From: Coraliomargarita sp.
GTDB taxonomy: Bacteria; Verrucomicrobiota; Verrucomicrobiia; Opitutales; Coraliomargaritaceae
Direction of reading: 5' to 3'
Length of the DNA: 64,000 bases
Assembly (NCBI GenBank): GCA_965216325.1
Contig: OZ244160.1
Span: forward strand, 2,336,001 to 2,400,000
The notes under the pieces are model-generated. The model ran no database searches, was not told where the DNA came from, and saw only the letters and a list, made by a program, of their open reading frames with translations. The number at the start of each line of letters is the position of its first letter. The first letter of the stretch is position 1. Below are positions 1 through 9,887 of this stretch, one piece after another. Made by a program: the position numbers and the translations under genes.

Positions 1-213
1 AAACTGAGTGTATTGTAATCTTTAGCGGCCTTGAAGGCCTGCTTTGAGTATTTTATGAGCGCTGCCACGGTTCCTGTATAATTGGATTCTGTCTACTATG
101 GATCGGGCGGTCTATAAATATAGGGGGAGTGGGACTTATCTGCGGGGCACAGAAGTTAGTAGACAGTGGCGTAGGTCCCGAAATTAGTCAAATTCGGGAT
201 GCTGGAGCAACCT

Positions 214-996
214 CTAATTGGGGTAGATCGCTGCCATGACCTCTGCATGCAGAGGCTCCTTGGCTGCGATGATGCAGCGCTCGTCAAAGGCGTCGCCACC
301 CTTCCAGCCGGTGACTTTGAAGCCGGCACCTTCCAAGCATGGAAGAATCGCTGCGCAGTCCCAGATTTCCATCAGCGGGTCACACATGATATCGATAAAT
401 CCGGAGCAGAGCAAAATGTAGCCGCCTGCATCACCCCAAGAGCGATAGAGTGCAGTCTTTGGTGGGAGCAGGTCCCACTTGGCATCGTTCTGCCAAAGTG
501 TTGGGCGAATCGGGTCGGTGGTGCAGAGCGTTGCTTCTGCAAGCGTGCAGGCCTCACGGCCGTTCACTGGCTTGCCGTTCAGAGTGGTTTCCTCGCAGTC
601 GCCGATCACCATTTGCTTCAGCACGGGTTGGTTGATGGCGCCAATCACTGGGCGGCCCTTGTAAAGCAGGGCAATCAAGGTCGCGAACAGGGGCACACCG
701 GAAATGAAGGACTTGGTGCCATCGACCGGGTCGAGCACCCAGACGAAGTCCGCATCTTCGCGCTCACGGCCGTATTCTTCGCCGATGATACCGTGCTCGG
801 GGTAGCGTTCAGCGAGGATTTCGCGGATGCGCTTCTCTGCATTGCGGTCGGCAAGCGTGACCGGAGTGGCATCGGACTTGCGTTCGATTTCGACTTCCGG
901 GCCGTAGTGCGGGAGGATTTCCTTGGCGGCTTCCTCGCAGAGATAGGCGACGAATTCTTTAAATTCGGTTTTCTGGGCGCTGGTGAGTTCGGACAT
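214..996 (-). CDS. hisN: Inositol monophosphatase family protein, probable histidinol-phosphatase (HisN-type)
   Basis: Motifs KSDATPVTLADR, IIGEE, WVLDPVDGTKSF and WDCAA are typical of the IMPase/HisN family. Start moved to the ATG at 996 (MSELTS). Confidence 0.75.
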   Translation of the reverse strand: MSELTSAQKTEFKEFVAYLCEEAAKEILPHYGPEVEIERKSDATPVTLADRNAEKRIREILAERYPEHGIIGEEYGREREDADFVWVLDPVDGTKSFISGVPLFATLIALLYKGRPVIGAINQPVLKQMVIGDCEETTLNGKPVNGREACTLAEATLCTTDPIRPTLWQNDAKWDLLPPKTALYRSWGDAGGYILLCSGFIDIMCDPLMEIWDCAAILPCLEGAGFKVTGWKGGDAFDERCIIAAKEPLHAEVMAAIYPN

Positions 997-1106
997 GATC
1001 AGTGCTGCTAAAATTTTGAAAAACGGAAAGTTGGGGGTTCCTGCACTTGCTGGCAACTGTAGACTCGCATAGTTTACAGGTTGATTGCATCTTCCCGCAT
1101 TTCCCG

Positions 1107-1775
1107 ATGTTCACCACGCCCATCCATGTCATTGATTTTGAAGGCAGCCGCCAGAGCGGTATTGTCGAATATGGCGTGGTGACCCTGCACGGCGCGATGA
1201 TTGACGCGACCTACACAGGGCTTTGCAAGCCGACTGGAACGATTACGGATCGAGATCGCTTGCAGCACCATCTCGACGAGACGGATCTGCAGGGGCAGGG
1301 GATCTTTGAGGAACAGTGGCCGCTGTTCTCTGAGTTGCGGGAAACCGGAGTGTTGTGCGCACACAATGTCTCGGTCGAAGATGGCTTTCTGCGTCAGGTC
1401 TGGCCGTATCCCAAAGCCTCGCCCGATTTTTTCGGAATCGCGGGCCCGGAGCCGAGTTGGGGACCATGGCTGGACACGCTGTATATTTACCGACGTGTCT
1501 ATCCACAGCTGGAGAGCCACAAACTTGAAGACTTGATTGAGCTGTTCGGCTTGAGCAAAGAGTTGAAAACGCGGGCAAAATTATACTGCCCGGAGGGCCG
1601 TCGCCGCTATCATTCGGCGCTCTATGATGCGCTGGCGTCCGCTTTATTGCTTTCGCGTCTGTATGATGAGCCCGAGCTCAAACGAATGACGATGCATTGG
1701 CTGTTGATTCAAAGCCAAGCTTCGGAGGCCGCGCGTGAGTCGGTTGGACAACAAGAGTTTTATTTGGATGACTGA
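1107..1775 (+). CDS. DEDDh 3'-5' exonuclease (DNA Pol III epsilon-like)
   Basis: IDFEG (ExoI), AHN..VED (ExoII), LDTL and HSALYDA (ExoIII). Start ATG at 1107. Stop overlaps the fmt start (ATGACTGA). Confidence 0.85.
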   Translation: MFTTPIHVIDFEGSRQSGIVEYGVVTLHGAMIDATYTGLCKPTGTITDRDRLQHHLDETDLQGQGIFEEQWPLFSELRETGVLCAHNVSVEDGFLRQVWPYPKASPDFFGIAGPEPSWGPWLDTLYIYRRVYPQLESHKLEDLIELFGLSKELKTRAKLYCPEGRRRYHSALYDALASALLLSRLYDEPELKRMTMHWLLIQSQASEAARESVGQQEFYLDD

Positions 1776-2751
1776 TCTGCCTAATATCGTCTTTTTCGGC
1801 TCAGATGCGATCTGCCTGCCGTTCTTAAATTACATCTACAACGAAGGCGCGAGTCAGTGTCGTTTGCGCGCGGTGATTTCGCAACCGGACCGTCGAAAAG
1901 GGCGCGGCAAAAAAATGCAGCAAAATCCAGTGGCCGCTTGGGCGACCGAGCATGGCATTGAGCTCTTGCAGCCGGAGAAGCCCACGCGCGAACTGGCTGA
2001 GTGGTTGATCGCCGAGCAAACTGCAGTGGCCTTTGTTATGGCGTATGGACATTTCTTGCCGAAGTCATTGCGCGAAGCGCCTCGGCACGGCATGGTCAAC
2101 TTTCATGGATCCATCTTGCCGAAGTATCGCGGTGCATCGCCGGTAGAAACCGCACTGGCGCTCGGGGAATCCGAAGCAGGGGTCGCACTCATGCAAGTGG
2201 TCAAAGAAATGGATGCCGGTGGTGTCGCGGATGTGGAGACCGTATGTATTGAGAATTCGGATACGGGGCCAACCTTGCGTGCGAAGATCGGCGAGGCCGT
2301 AGTGCCGTTGATGCAGCGGAATCTTGCCGCGACATTGGCTGGCGAACTCGACTTTCAAGCCCAGGATGTTTCGCAGGCGACGTTCTGTCGCAAAATTTCA
2401 AAGGACGATGCGGCCTTGGACTTTACTCAATCCGCAGCAGCGATCGATGCGCGACTGCGGGCGTTTACGCCCTGGCCAGGGGGCTACTTTGATCACGGCG
2501 AGGTGCGTATCAAAGTCGGGAAGGTCGAGCCGATCGAAACGACGGCCGGCAGCGAGCCAGGCACCATCCTTGACTGCAGCGATGCAGTTGTCGTTGCGAC
2601 GGGCAACGGCGCACTCCGTTTACTCGAGCTACAACGCCCCGGTGGCAAGATGTTGCCCGCAGTTGAATTTCTTCGAGGCTACGCTTTGACTCAAGGGGAA
2701 GTGCTACCGAGTGTGCCAAGTGCGCCGCTGTTAGTCGATCACTCAGCGTGA
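1768..2751 (+). CDS. fmt: Methionyl-tRNA formyltransferase
   Basis: IVFFGS, SQPDRRKGRG, VMAYG, NFHGSILPKYRGASP, MDAG and RAFTPWPG motifs. Confidence 0.95.
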   Translation: MTDLPNIVFFGSDAICLPFLNYIYNEGASQCRLRAVISQPDRRKGRGKKMQQNPVAAWATEHGIELLQPEKPTRELAEWLIAEQTAVAFVMAYGHFLPKSLREAPRHGMVNFHGSILPKYRGASPVETALALGESEAGVALMQVVKEMDAGGVADVETVCIENSDTGPTLRAKIGEAVVPLMQRNLAATLAGELDFQAQDVSQATFCRKISKDDAALDFTQSAAAIDARLRAFTPWPGGYFDHGEVRIKVGKVEPIETTAGSEPGTILDCSDAVVVATGNGALRLLELQRPGGKMLPAVEFLRGYALTQGEVLPSVPSAPLLVDHSA

Positions 2752-2888
2752 TCGCGAGTTTTCGGGCTCAGCTTCGGCGGATGTCCTTGGAACATCCCTC
2801 TGAAACGCGCTGTCATCTGCTGGCACAGCTTGAATGTAAGGAGTTCCTGTTCGAACCCGCAGGTGCCTTCTGTGTTGAAAAATCATGA

Positions 2889-4085
2889 ATGAACCGCCTT
2901 CTAGTTGAATGCAGCCCTGCGAACCCCATCGCTTTTTTTTACCCTGATCTCTCTGTCCGAGTCGAAGTGTCGTATTTCAGCGGAGCAGATGGGCCTTCGG
3001 AATATCATGTTTTGGTCGAACCGGATCCTGAAGGGACTTTGGTTGACCAACTTGAGCTGCTTGCGCAGGCATATGAGCGTGCGCTTGCTGAGCTGGGTGT
3101 ATCGGCAGGTTCGGCGGTCTGGCGTCGCTGCTTCTTAAGTGATCCGGCCAATCAGTATGCGACCCTAGAAGCCCATTCATTGTTTTCAGAGGATGCAGAG
3201 TGCGCGGTATCGCTGATCGGTCAGGCGCCGCAGTCCGGCAGTAAACTTGCATTATTGGCCTATCATATCGTGGATACGGACGCGCTGCAGACGGAGCGCT
3301 CGCATAAACGCTATGAACTTCAACGCGGAGCTTTGCGCCATCAGTGGTGCACCAAGTTTAGTGCGCCTCAGCTCGATGGCGCACATACGCAATCGGTCTC
3401 GATTTTTGATCAGTATATGGAGGCACTTGCTTCGGTGAATGCGAATTTATTGGAGCATGCAGTGCGCACCTGGATCTATGTGCGGGATGTGGATCATAAG
3501 TATGCTGACATGGTTCAGGCGCGCAATGAGGTCTTCGCGCGCGAGGGGCTGACTCGTGAGTCGCATTACATTGCGAGCACGGGGATTGAATCGCGCTTTG
3601 GGAAGGTGAATGCCTTGGTCTTTATGGATGCCTATTCCATTGCGGGGCTGCTGCCCGAGCAGGTGGACTATCTACAGGCTGAAGAGCACCTCGGGCGAAC
3701 CGACGATTACGGCGTGTGTTTTGAGCGTGCCACGGCTGTCAGTTATCGAGATCGTAAGCACGTCTTTATTTCCGGCACCGCCAGTATCGATCCCAATGGT
3801 GAAGTGCTGTTTGAGGGCGATGTCATTCGCCAGCTGCAACGTGCGATCGAAAATGTTGAGGCGTTGCTCGCTTCTGCTGATGCCAGCATCGAGGACATGG
3901 CACATTGGATTGTCTACCTGCGCGACCCAGCCGACGCTTTGCGAGTGCGCGCTGCGATCGAAGAGCGTATTGTCGGTGTGCCGGTGATGATTGTGGCAGG
4001 CGCGGTTTGCCGACCTAACTGGTTAGTGGAAATCGAAGGTTTGGCGATCGCCCCGCATGTGGATGGCTCGCTGCCGGGGTTCTGA
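2889..4085 (+). CDS. Multi-domain Rid (YjgF/L-PSP) family hydrolase, chorismatase-like
   Basis: RTWIYVRD, ASTGI, FERAT, ISGTASID and VCRPNWLVEIEG motifs, consistent with tandem Rid-like domains. Confidence 0.75.
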   Translation: MNRLLVECSPANPIAFFYPDLSVRVEVSYFSGADGPSEYHVLVEPDPEGTLVDQLELLAQAYERALAELGVSAGSAVWRRCFLSDPANQYATLEAHSLFSEDAECAVSLIGQAPQSGSKLALLAYHIVDTDALQTERSHKRYELQRGALRHQWCTKFSAPQLDGAHTQSVSIFDQYMEALASVNANLLEHAVRTWIYVRDVDHKYADMVQARNEVFAREGLTRESHYIASTGIESRFGKVNALVFMDAYSIAGLLPEQVDYLQAEEHLGRTDDYGVCFERATAVSYRDRKHVFISGTASIDPNGEVLFEGDVIRQLQRAIENVEALLASADASIEDMAHWIVYLRDPADALRVRAAIEERIVGVPVMIVAGAVCRPNWLVEIEGLAIAPHVDGSLPGF

Positions 4086-4089
4086 CGGC

Positions 4090-5001
4090 TTACGCTAAAT
4101 CCGACAGTTGCTTGGAGATCTTCTCGAGCTGCTCCTTAAGGTCTTTAATTTTCTGTTCCCTACTTGGAGCTGGATCGTCATCATGCGTGAGCAGGCGATG
4201 GATGTTGCGGTCAGCGAGTTCTTTTTGGGCCTCATCCATGCCGTTGATGATTACGCCAATGACCAGATTGAGCATGATCATGGTGCCGAGTAGCACGAAG
4301 GAGACGAAGTAAGTTACGCCGAGCAGAGGCATGGCCTTGGGGCTGACCGCGAGTTCGGCGACGGATTGATTGTAGCCTTGGTAGACATCAGAGCCATACA
4401 TCTGTAGATACATGACGTCGGTCCAGTCTTCGAGTGTGACGATGCGGAACAAGGACAGGAAGGAGGTCCACAGGTTGCCGAAGTGCACCGGATCGTTGCC
4501 GCTAAAGAGCATGACGCCGATCACCGCATACATATAAAAGAGCAGGAACAGCAGCAGGCAGACGTAGAACATTGACGGCAAGCTGCGCAGTAGAGCGGTG
4601 ACAAGTAGCTGCAGTTTTGGGATGACCGTTACCAAGCGAATGACGCGCAGGAGGCGGAACAGTCGCAGCACGGCGACGTAGCTACCACCGAGCGGTAGGA
4701 AGCAGACGGCGACGATAGTGAAATCGAACAGGTTCCAGCCATCGGTAAAGTAGCGCCAGGGTTGGTCTTTCTCGGCGGAGACTTTGAGCACGACCTCGAT
4801 GGTGAAAATGCCCAGAATGATCGAGTTGAGCACACTGATGAGCTTGGCGTGCTTGGTGGCGAGTTCCGGGAAGGTTTCAACGCCGACAAGGATGCCGGCA
4901 AAGACAATGACGGCGACGATGAACGAGGTGAAGGTGTTGGAATCAACAATGCGCTTAATCGGCCAGTCGTTGGCTGCTGGTGTCGCGTTGGGATCTTTCA
5001 T
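4090..5001 (-). CDS. Prokaryotic voltage-gated cation channel (BacNav superfamily, 6TM)
   Basis: S3 WNLFDF, S4 [11 protein letters not shown], pore filter TLEDWTD, S6 LNLVIGVII and a C-terminal coiled coil. Confidence 0.9.
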   Translation of the reverse strand: MKDPNATPAANDWPIKRIVDSNTFTSFIVAVIVFAGILVGVETFPELATKHAKLISVLNSIILGIFTIEVVLKVSAEKDQPWRYFTDGWNLFDFTIVAVCFLPLGGSYVAVLRLFRLLRVIRLVTVIPKLQLLVTALLRSLPSMFYVCLLLFLLFYMYAVIGVMLFSGNDPVHFGNLWTSFLSLFRIVTLEDWTDVMYLQMYGSDVYQGYNQSVAELAVSPKAMPLLGVTYFVSFVLLGTMIMLNLVIGVIINGMDEAQKELADRNIHRLLTHDDDPAPSREQKIKDLKEQLEKISKQLSDLA

Positions 5002-5040
5002 TCGCTAAATCGGTTCTGTTTTCTGACAGGGTGTTTGTTT

Positions 5041-5158
5041 GGTAGGGTCGCCTCGCCGAGGCGACCGTTCGGCAATGTGATGTGTGACTTCGGAATCTAA
5101 AGTTGTGGTATATTCAACGCCTGTGGGCGAACGGCTGGCTCGGCAAGACAGCCCAACC
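5041..5158. repeat. GTAG-type REP doublet (REPIN-like), family A
   Basis: 5041-5073 ggtagggtcgcctcgccgaggcgaccgttcggc is the exact reverse complement of 61491-61523. A degenerate inverted partner lies at about 5125-5158. Confidence 0.8.
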
Positions 5159-5202
5159 TCTTGCCTGGGGTTGGCTCCTCGTCGTGCGCCTTACTCGCAG
5201 CC

Positions 5203-6444
5203 TTAATTATATAGCCAGAACTTGCGGCTGAAGTTTTGGAACTTGCGGCACTTTTGTTCCCATTGATTCACGAAGGCGCTGACACGGGCTTGTTCGCCGC
5301 GAAGGCTTATTTCGTCCCACCACAGTGTGCTGCCGACATGCTTGTTGAACAGATTCGGGTTCTTGGCGGTTTGGAATGGGTTGCCAGGCGTCCATGCCGC
5401 GGTGAGCTGCATCATGTGGAAGCTGATTTCAGTCGGGCGCACGTTTTGCCAATTGTCGACGCGCACATAAACGCCTTCGATTGGATAGCCGGCCGCAGTT
5501 TTGGTTTTAACAATGTGGTAGCTCAGTCCGCGGATACGTTTCGCTTCGAGCGCCAGTTTCACTTCGGCGGCGGACTTGCCCTTGAAGCGCAGGAGTCGGA
5601 ACGGGTAGGGGGTGCCGATGCCGTGGCTGAAGCCGCCGATCTGGGCGCCGAGTCCGGTCATGGAATAGCCGAGCACGGCGGAAAGGTTCGGAATGTAGGG
5701 TGAAGTGGGCTTCCACTTGAGGCCGGTTGCCGGCCATTGCATGTCGCGATTCCAACCGCCCATGGGCACGACGGTGAGCTTGCCGTTCTTACGCTGGCTT
5801 TCAGTGACGCGCATCCAGCCGGGTGTATGCTTCGCCATGCGGGCGAGCTCCGCGATGGTCAGACCATGCACATAGGGCACGAAAAAGTCGCCCACGTAGC
5901 TACGCCATTCTTTGTCGAGCGGCGGGCCATCGACTTTGCGGCCGCCGAGTGGATTCGGACGGTCGAGGATCACGACTTCGACGCCGTTTTGGAAGCAGGC
6001 TTCCATGGTGCGCAGCATACAACTGACATAGGTATACGAGCGCACACCGACGTCTTGTAAGTCGACCACCATGGCATCGAGGCCCTGAAGCATCTTGGGA
6101 GTCGGCGAGCGGTATTTGCCATAGAGGGAGTAGACGGGAAGACCGGTGCGTGGGTCGACTTTGTCATCGATGGGCACATCTGCTTTTTCGTTGCCATAGA
6201 TGCCATGCTCCGGGCCGAAGAGCGCGACCAGATTGACCTTGTTGGCACGGCGCAGCACATCGATGGAGGTTTCGCCGCGACGGTTCACGCCAGCCGGGTG
6301 GGTGAGCAATCCGACGCGTTTACCCGAGACTGTGCGGAAGCCCGAGCGCTCGAGCATGTCGATGCCCAGATAGACGGGCTCGGCAAGTGCTGCGGTGCAG
6401 GTAATCAGTAGGTTTAGGTAAAGAGTGCTTAGTAGGAGACGCAT
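5203..6444 (-). CDS. namZ: DUF1343 / exo-beta-N-acetylmuramidase NamZ family protein, secreted
   Basis: Signal peptide; [42 protein letters not shown] and W.PTSP motifs. Confidence 0.85.
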   Translation of the reverse strand: MRLLLSTLYLNLLITCTAALAEPVYLGIDMLERSGFRTVSGKRVGLLTHPAGVNRRGETSIDVLRRANKVNLVALFGPEHGIYGNEKADVPIDDKVDPRTGLPVYSLYGKYRSPTPKMLQGLDAMVVDLQDVGVRSYTYVSCMLRTMEACFQNGVEVVILDRPNPLGGRKVDGPPLDKEWRSYVGDFFVPYVHGLTIAELARMAKHTPGWMRVTESQRKNGKLTVVPMGGWNRDMQWPATGLKWKPTSPYIPNLSAVLGYSMTGLGAQIGGFSHGIGTPYPFRLLRFKGKSAAEVKLALEAKRIRGLSYHIVKTKTAAGYPIEGVYVRVDNWQNVRPTEISFHMMQLTAAWTPGNPFQTAKNPNLFNKHVGSTLWWDEISLRGEQARVSAFVNQWEQKCRKFQNFSRKFWLYN

Positions 6445-6482
6445 GTAGTTAGTCGAATGCTTTTCGCGGTTTTCGTAGTTAA

Positions 6483-7133
6483 TTATTTAGAGTGATCGGC
6501 CTCTTCGGCTTTGTGCTGCTTGTGCTCTTCAATGCGCTGGCGCAAGTGCGCATAGCTGGCAGCGGTGCGTTGGGCTGCAATACGATAGCTGAAACTCATA
6601 ATGACACCGAAGAAGATGCCGATGATGATGGCTCCGAGCGAGGTGAGACCAAACACGGTGAGCATTCGGTCGATGTTGGAGCCCCATTCGGCGGAGTTGA
6701 AATTATCAATGATGCGGCTGACATCCGACCGGGTTAAGGGCAGCGCATCAATCCCCGCGAGACTTATACAGTTACGCCCGACTTGGTAGAGGGAGAAATA
6801 GATCGGGAGCGCGGTGAATGGATTGGTGACGACTTGGAGTCCGGCAAGGATCGGCAAGTTGGCGCGTAGGACGAGTGCGAAGACCAGTGCGAGAGGCAGT
6901 TGAATGCCATAGATCGGCATCAGGGTCAGGACGCAACCGACGTAAATCGCGGGAATCGCATTCTCGGTGCGAAAGCTCCAAATGTATGCGCGTCTTCGAG
7001 CCGTTTCGGCAAAGTATTTGAGGACCGGATAGCGGTGGATCGTTGCACGACGCGGCAGTGGGCGGAGCCATTTCTTGACTCGCCGAATGCGGCGACTCTT
7101 TACCTTAAATAGCTCTTTCTCCAGGTGAACCAC
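6483..7133 (-). CDS. DUF2062 domain membrane protein
   Basis: P.YGIQ..LA, LRANLP and VTNPFT.LPIY motifs, with hydrophobic segments. Confidence 0.8.
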   Translation of the reverse strand: MVHLEKELFKVKSRRIRRVKKWLRPLPRRATIHRYPVLKYFAETARRRAYIWSFRTENAIPAIYVGCVLTLMPIYGIQLPLALVFALVLRANLPILAGLQVVTNPFTALPIYFSLYQVGRNCISLAGIDALPLTRSDVSRIIDNFNSAEWGSNIDRMLTVFGLTSLGAIIIGIFFGVIMSFSYRIAAQRTAASYAHLRQRIEEHKQHKAEEADHSK

Positions 7134-7140
7134 TGTGATC

Positions 7141-8298
7141 TTACTTGAGCACTTGCGCAGTGCGTGCGGTCAAATTCGGTGCGCCTTGCTTGAGCGCGGT
7201 TGCCAGATCCGTTCCATCGGGCGTAATACTGGTGACCTTACAATTTGGAAAACGTTCCTGCACCGAGTCGGCGGCGTCTACTTCTGCTTTGCCCGCAAGC
7301 ACAATGGTGCGTGTGTTGGTCTTACCCGCCGCGGTGACGAGTGCAAAGGGGCCCTTCCCGGCGAGTGAGCTGCTGTCGAACTTACCTTCGCCAGTGAGAA
7401 TGAGTTCTGCGGCGGACACCTTGTTGTTCAGGTCGAGCCAAGACTCCACCAAGTCGAAGCCGGCGAGGAATTCTGCACCGCAGGCAACTTTGAGACCAAA
7501 GCCAATGCCTCCCGCTGCGCCCGCGCCGGGTGCGTCTTTGAGTTCAATGCTTTGGCCAAAGTGTTGGCAGAGCAAATCCGCTAGGCGATTGGCTTCCGCA
7601 TCAAAGCTTTCAAGCTCATCGGGCTGCAGGCCTTTCTGCGGTCCGTAGACGGCAGCTGCGCCGCGTTCGCCGAGTAGCGGATTATCAACGTCGCAGGCGA
7701 TATAGATGGGCGGGAGTTTAAAATCGAAGAATCCGGTAATTGACTCCACCTGTGACCATTTTTCAGGGACGATCGCATCGTCTGTGGTTGGGAATTGGAT
7801 GCCGAGTGCTTGCAGGGCGCCGAGTCCGAGATCGCTGGTGGCGCTGCCGCCGATGCCGAGGAGGATGGCTCCGGCGCCTTGGGCGGTCGCGATGCGGATC
7901 AGCTCGCCGACGCCGCGTGTGGTGCAGTGCTTTGGGTGGCGTTGTTCGTTGGGCACTTGCTCGAGTCCTGCCGCTGAGGCCATCTCAATGATGGCCAGTT
8001 TGCCGAGCGCGGTGCCGAACTTGCGGCGCAGTGATTCACTGAGAGTGTTGAGTTCGACCCATCCGAGGGGTGCTTCGACATCCTGACCCAGTGGTCCGCA
8101 GACGGTATGGTGCTCGATGTAGCCATTGGCGGCGTTGGTCAGAATCGGGCAGAAGCCTTCACCTCCATCGGTGAGCGGCGCTTCGGTGATCTGAACAGAG
8201 TCGCCCAGTGTTTGGCGGACCCCGACAGCCGCAGCTGAGCAAGCCTCGGCAGCAGTCATGGAGTCTTTAAATTTATCAAATGCGAGCAGGACGTTCAT
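7141..8298 (-). CDS. glxK: Glycerate kinase (GlxK/GarK family)
   Basis: [56 protein letters not shown] and GKGP motifs. Confidence 0.9.
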   Translation of the reverse strand: MNVLLAFDKFKDSMTAAEACSAAAVGVRQTLGDSVQITEAPLTDGGEGFCPILTNAANGYIEHHTVCGPLGQDVEAPLGWVELNTLSESLRRKFGTALGKLAIIEMASAAGLEQVPNEQRHPKHCTTRGVGELIRIATAQGAGAILLGIGGSATSDLGLGALQALGIQFPTTDDAIVPEKWSQVESITGFFDFKLPPIYIACDVDNPLLGERGAAAVYGPQKGLQPDELESFDAEANRLADLLCQHFGQSIELKDAPGAGAAGGIGFGLKVACGAEFLAGFDLVESWLDLNNKVSAAELILTGEGKFDSSSLAGKGPFALVTAAGKTNTRTIVLAGKAEVDAADSVQERFPNCKVTSITPDGTDLATALKQGAPNLTARTAQVLK

Positions 8299-8307
8299 TT
8301 AAAGGCA

Positions 8308-8355
8308 TGAACATGAACATCGAACTTCGAACGTCCAACACTGAACGTCGAATGA
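8308..8355. repeat. Short tandem heptamer repeat (YGAACRT-like)
   Basis: Units tgaacat cgaactt cgaacgt ccaacac tgaacgt cgaatga. A reverse-complement copy lies at 10249-10289. Confidence 0.75.
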
Positions 8356-8380
8356 AGTGGATTTTAGTCTGCTTTTCGGT

Positions 8381-8411
8381 GTGGTGCGCCTCGAGACGCG
8401 GCTGCGCTACC
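8381..8411. repeat. GTAG-type REP, family B (reverse orientation)
   Basis: gtggtgcgcctcgagacgcggctgcgctacc is the reverse complement of the REP starting at 16129, with 1 mismatch. Confidence 0.8.
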
Positions 8412-8476
8412 TTGAACTAAACCGTAGATGACATGGGCGTTTATCAGGAGCACGGAAGTGCTATGATGATAAACTT

Positions 8477-9565
8477 ATGCAAAACCCCACATCATCTACA
8501 CGGACAACTAAGAACGCACTGGGCACAGTAATCAAGCTTGGCATTGACGTGCATGCGAGCACCTACGTGGTGGTCATGAAGATCGATAGCAGCGCCCCTT
8601 CACGCGCGAAGCGCATGAAGCCTGATATCTTCCTTCGATGGATTAAGCAGCTGAGCACTCAGTGCGAGCAGTTGCAAAGTTGCTACGAGGCCGGTCCTTT
8701 TGGTTACAGCCTGCACCGCAAGCTCAAGGCGATGGGCGTGAACAACCACGTAATCCGCCCGATCAACTGGGACACTCATGGTAAGAAGGTAAAGACCGAC
8801 GCGCGTGATGCGTTGCAAATGGTCTTGAGTCTGGACGGCTATCTGCGGGGCAATGACCGCAGCTTCAGTGTCGTGCGTGTGCCCAGCGAGCAAGAAGAGC
8901 GTCACCGCAGCCTAACCCGGCAGCGTGAAAGCTTCGTCAAAGAACGTGGCCGTGCGGCCAAGCGTGGTAAGAGTCTGGGACTGTATTACGATCAACCCTT
9001 ACCCAGCGGCTGGTGGAAGCCGCGCAAATGGATGCAGCTACTCGAACAGCTCGACGATTTTTTGATCAGCCTGCTGGAGCCACTGCGGTTAAACTGCCTG
9101 CACTTTAGCGAGCTAATCAGCAACATCGAAGAACGTATCGAAGCGCTCGAGCCGGAACGGGTGCTGCCTAAAGGCATGGGGGTGGTCCTCTATGAACAGA
9201 TCGAACGTGAGGTCTGCAACTGGAAGCGATTCAACAACCGCAAGGCGGTCAGTTCCTTTACCGGACTGTGCCCAAGCGAAGACACTAGTGCAAATCGGCG
9301 TTTCCAGGGCTCGATCAACAAACACGGCAGTCCCCGCCTGCGGCATATGCTACAAGAGTGCGCCTGGTTATTGATCCGGTGGAATCCCGGCTACAGTGGG
9401 GTGCGTAAATGGCAGGCCAAGCTCAGCGACGAGACCACCAGTAAGGCGACCCGCAAGAAAATTGCCGTGGCCATCGCCCGGCAGTTCGCCGTGGACTGGT
9501 GGCGCATACGCACTGGCCAATGCAGTCTCGAAGACTTCGGACTGATAAGCAGACAAAACCCATAA
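8477..9565 (+). CDS. IS110 family transposase/recombinase (RuvC-like DEDD plus Tnp20 domain)
   Basis: GIDVH, CYEAG and KTDARDA supply the D-E-D-D residues. The C-terminal SFTGLCPSEDTS..SINKHGSPRLR motif carries the putative catalytic Ser. Confidence 0.95.
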   Translation: MQNPTSSTRTTKNALGTVIKLGIDVHASTYVVVMKIDSSAPSRAKRMKPDIFLRWIKQLSTQCEQLQSCYEAGPFGYSLHRKLKAMGVNNHVIRPINWDTHGKKVKTDARDALQMVLSLDGYLRGNDRSFSVVRVPSEQEERHRSLTRQRESFVKERGRAAKRGKSLGLYYDQPLPSGWWKPRKWMQLLEQLDDFLISLLEPLRLNCLHFSELISNIEERIEALEPERVLPKGMGVVLYEQIEREVCNWKRFNNRKAVSSFTGLCPSEDTSANRRFQGSINKHGSPRLRHMLQECAWLLIRWNPGYSGVRKWQAKLSDETTSKATRKKIAVAIARQFAVDWWRIRTGQCSLEDFGLISRQNP

Positions 9566-9627
9566 GTCCGAACCAACGCTAAAGGCCTTCACCCTCTGAT
9601 TTTAACGTTCTTTTGCAGTTTTCCTTT

Positions 9628-9785
9628 GTGCGGAGTGAGTCTGACCAAGCCCCTGTTGCCAACACAACGATTTTGTAGAATAGGCCACTTCGCCACCAAG
9701 CTTTTGAATGACCCAATGGATAGGTCATAGTGTGCTCTTCTGAGAAACACTCAGAAACACGGATAGCAGGTTATCCCGGATCATC
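9628..9785 (+). ncRNA. Predicted bridge RNA (seekRNA) of the IS1111-type element
   Basis: Two stem/internal-loop/hairpin modules found by eye. Loop 1 carries AAGCCCCT (9647-9654) and TGTAG (9674-9678), matching the target. Loop 2 carries GTCAT (9724-9728) and ATAGCAG (9763-9769), matching the donor junction. Boundaries are approximate. Confidence 0.75.
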
Positions 9786-9881
9786 GAAACTCCGAGGCCA
9801 TGCGCGGTGGACGCTCAAAGACGATTGCAATCAAAACAAACCACTTATCTTATGTAAAAACACTCACACGCTTCTACACTC

Positions 9882-9887
9882 TTGACA
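9882..9887 (+). promoter_or_regulatory. Outward-facing -35 hexamer (TTGACA) at the IS right end
   Basis: Perfect TTGACA 16 nt before the end of the AG core. On circularisation a weak -10-like TGACAT (8429-8434) would lie 17 nt downstream. Confidence 0.5.

Noticed and set aside
1..68. Possible start of a minus-strand CDS (VAALIKYSKQAFKAAKDYNTLS..) running off the window
   Set aside because: Too short to support or identify.
199..1011. 270-aa plus-strand ORF, and similar long antisense ORFs (e.g. 11259-12044, 26418-27416, 58032-59189, 59637-60809)
   Set aside because: They lie antisense to well-supported genes and have no recognisable motifs; these are typical shadow ORFs of GC-rich coding DNA.
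2752..2888. Possible riboswitch or leader upstream of the Rid-family gene (hairpin ggatgt..acatcc)
   Set aside because: No convincing match to an aptamer consensus by eye; an Rfam scan would be needed.
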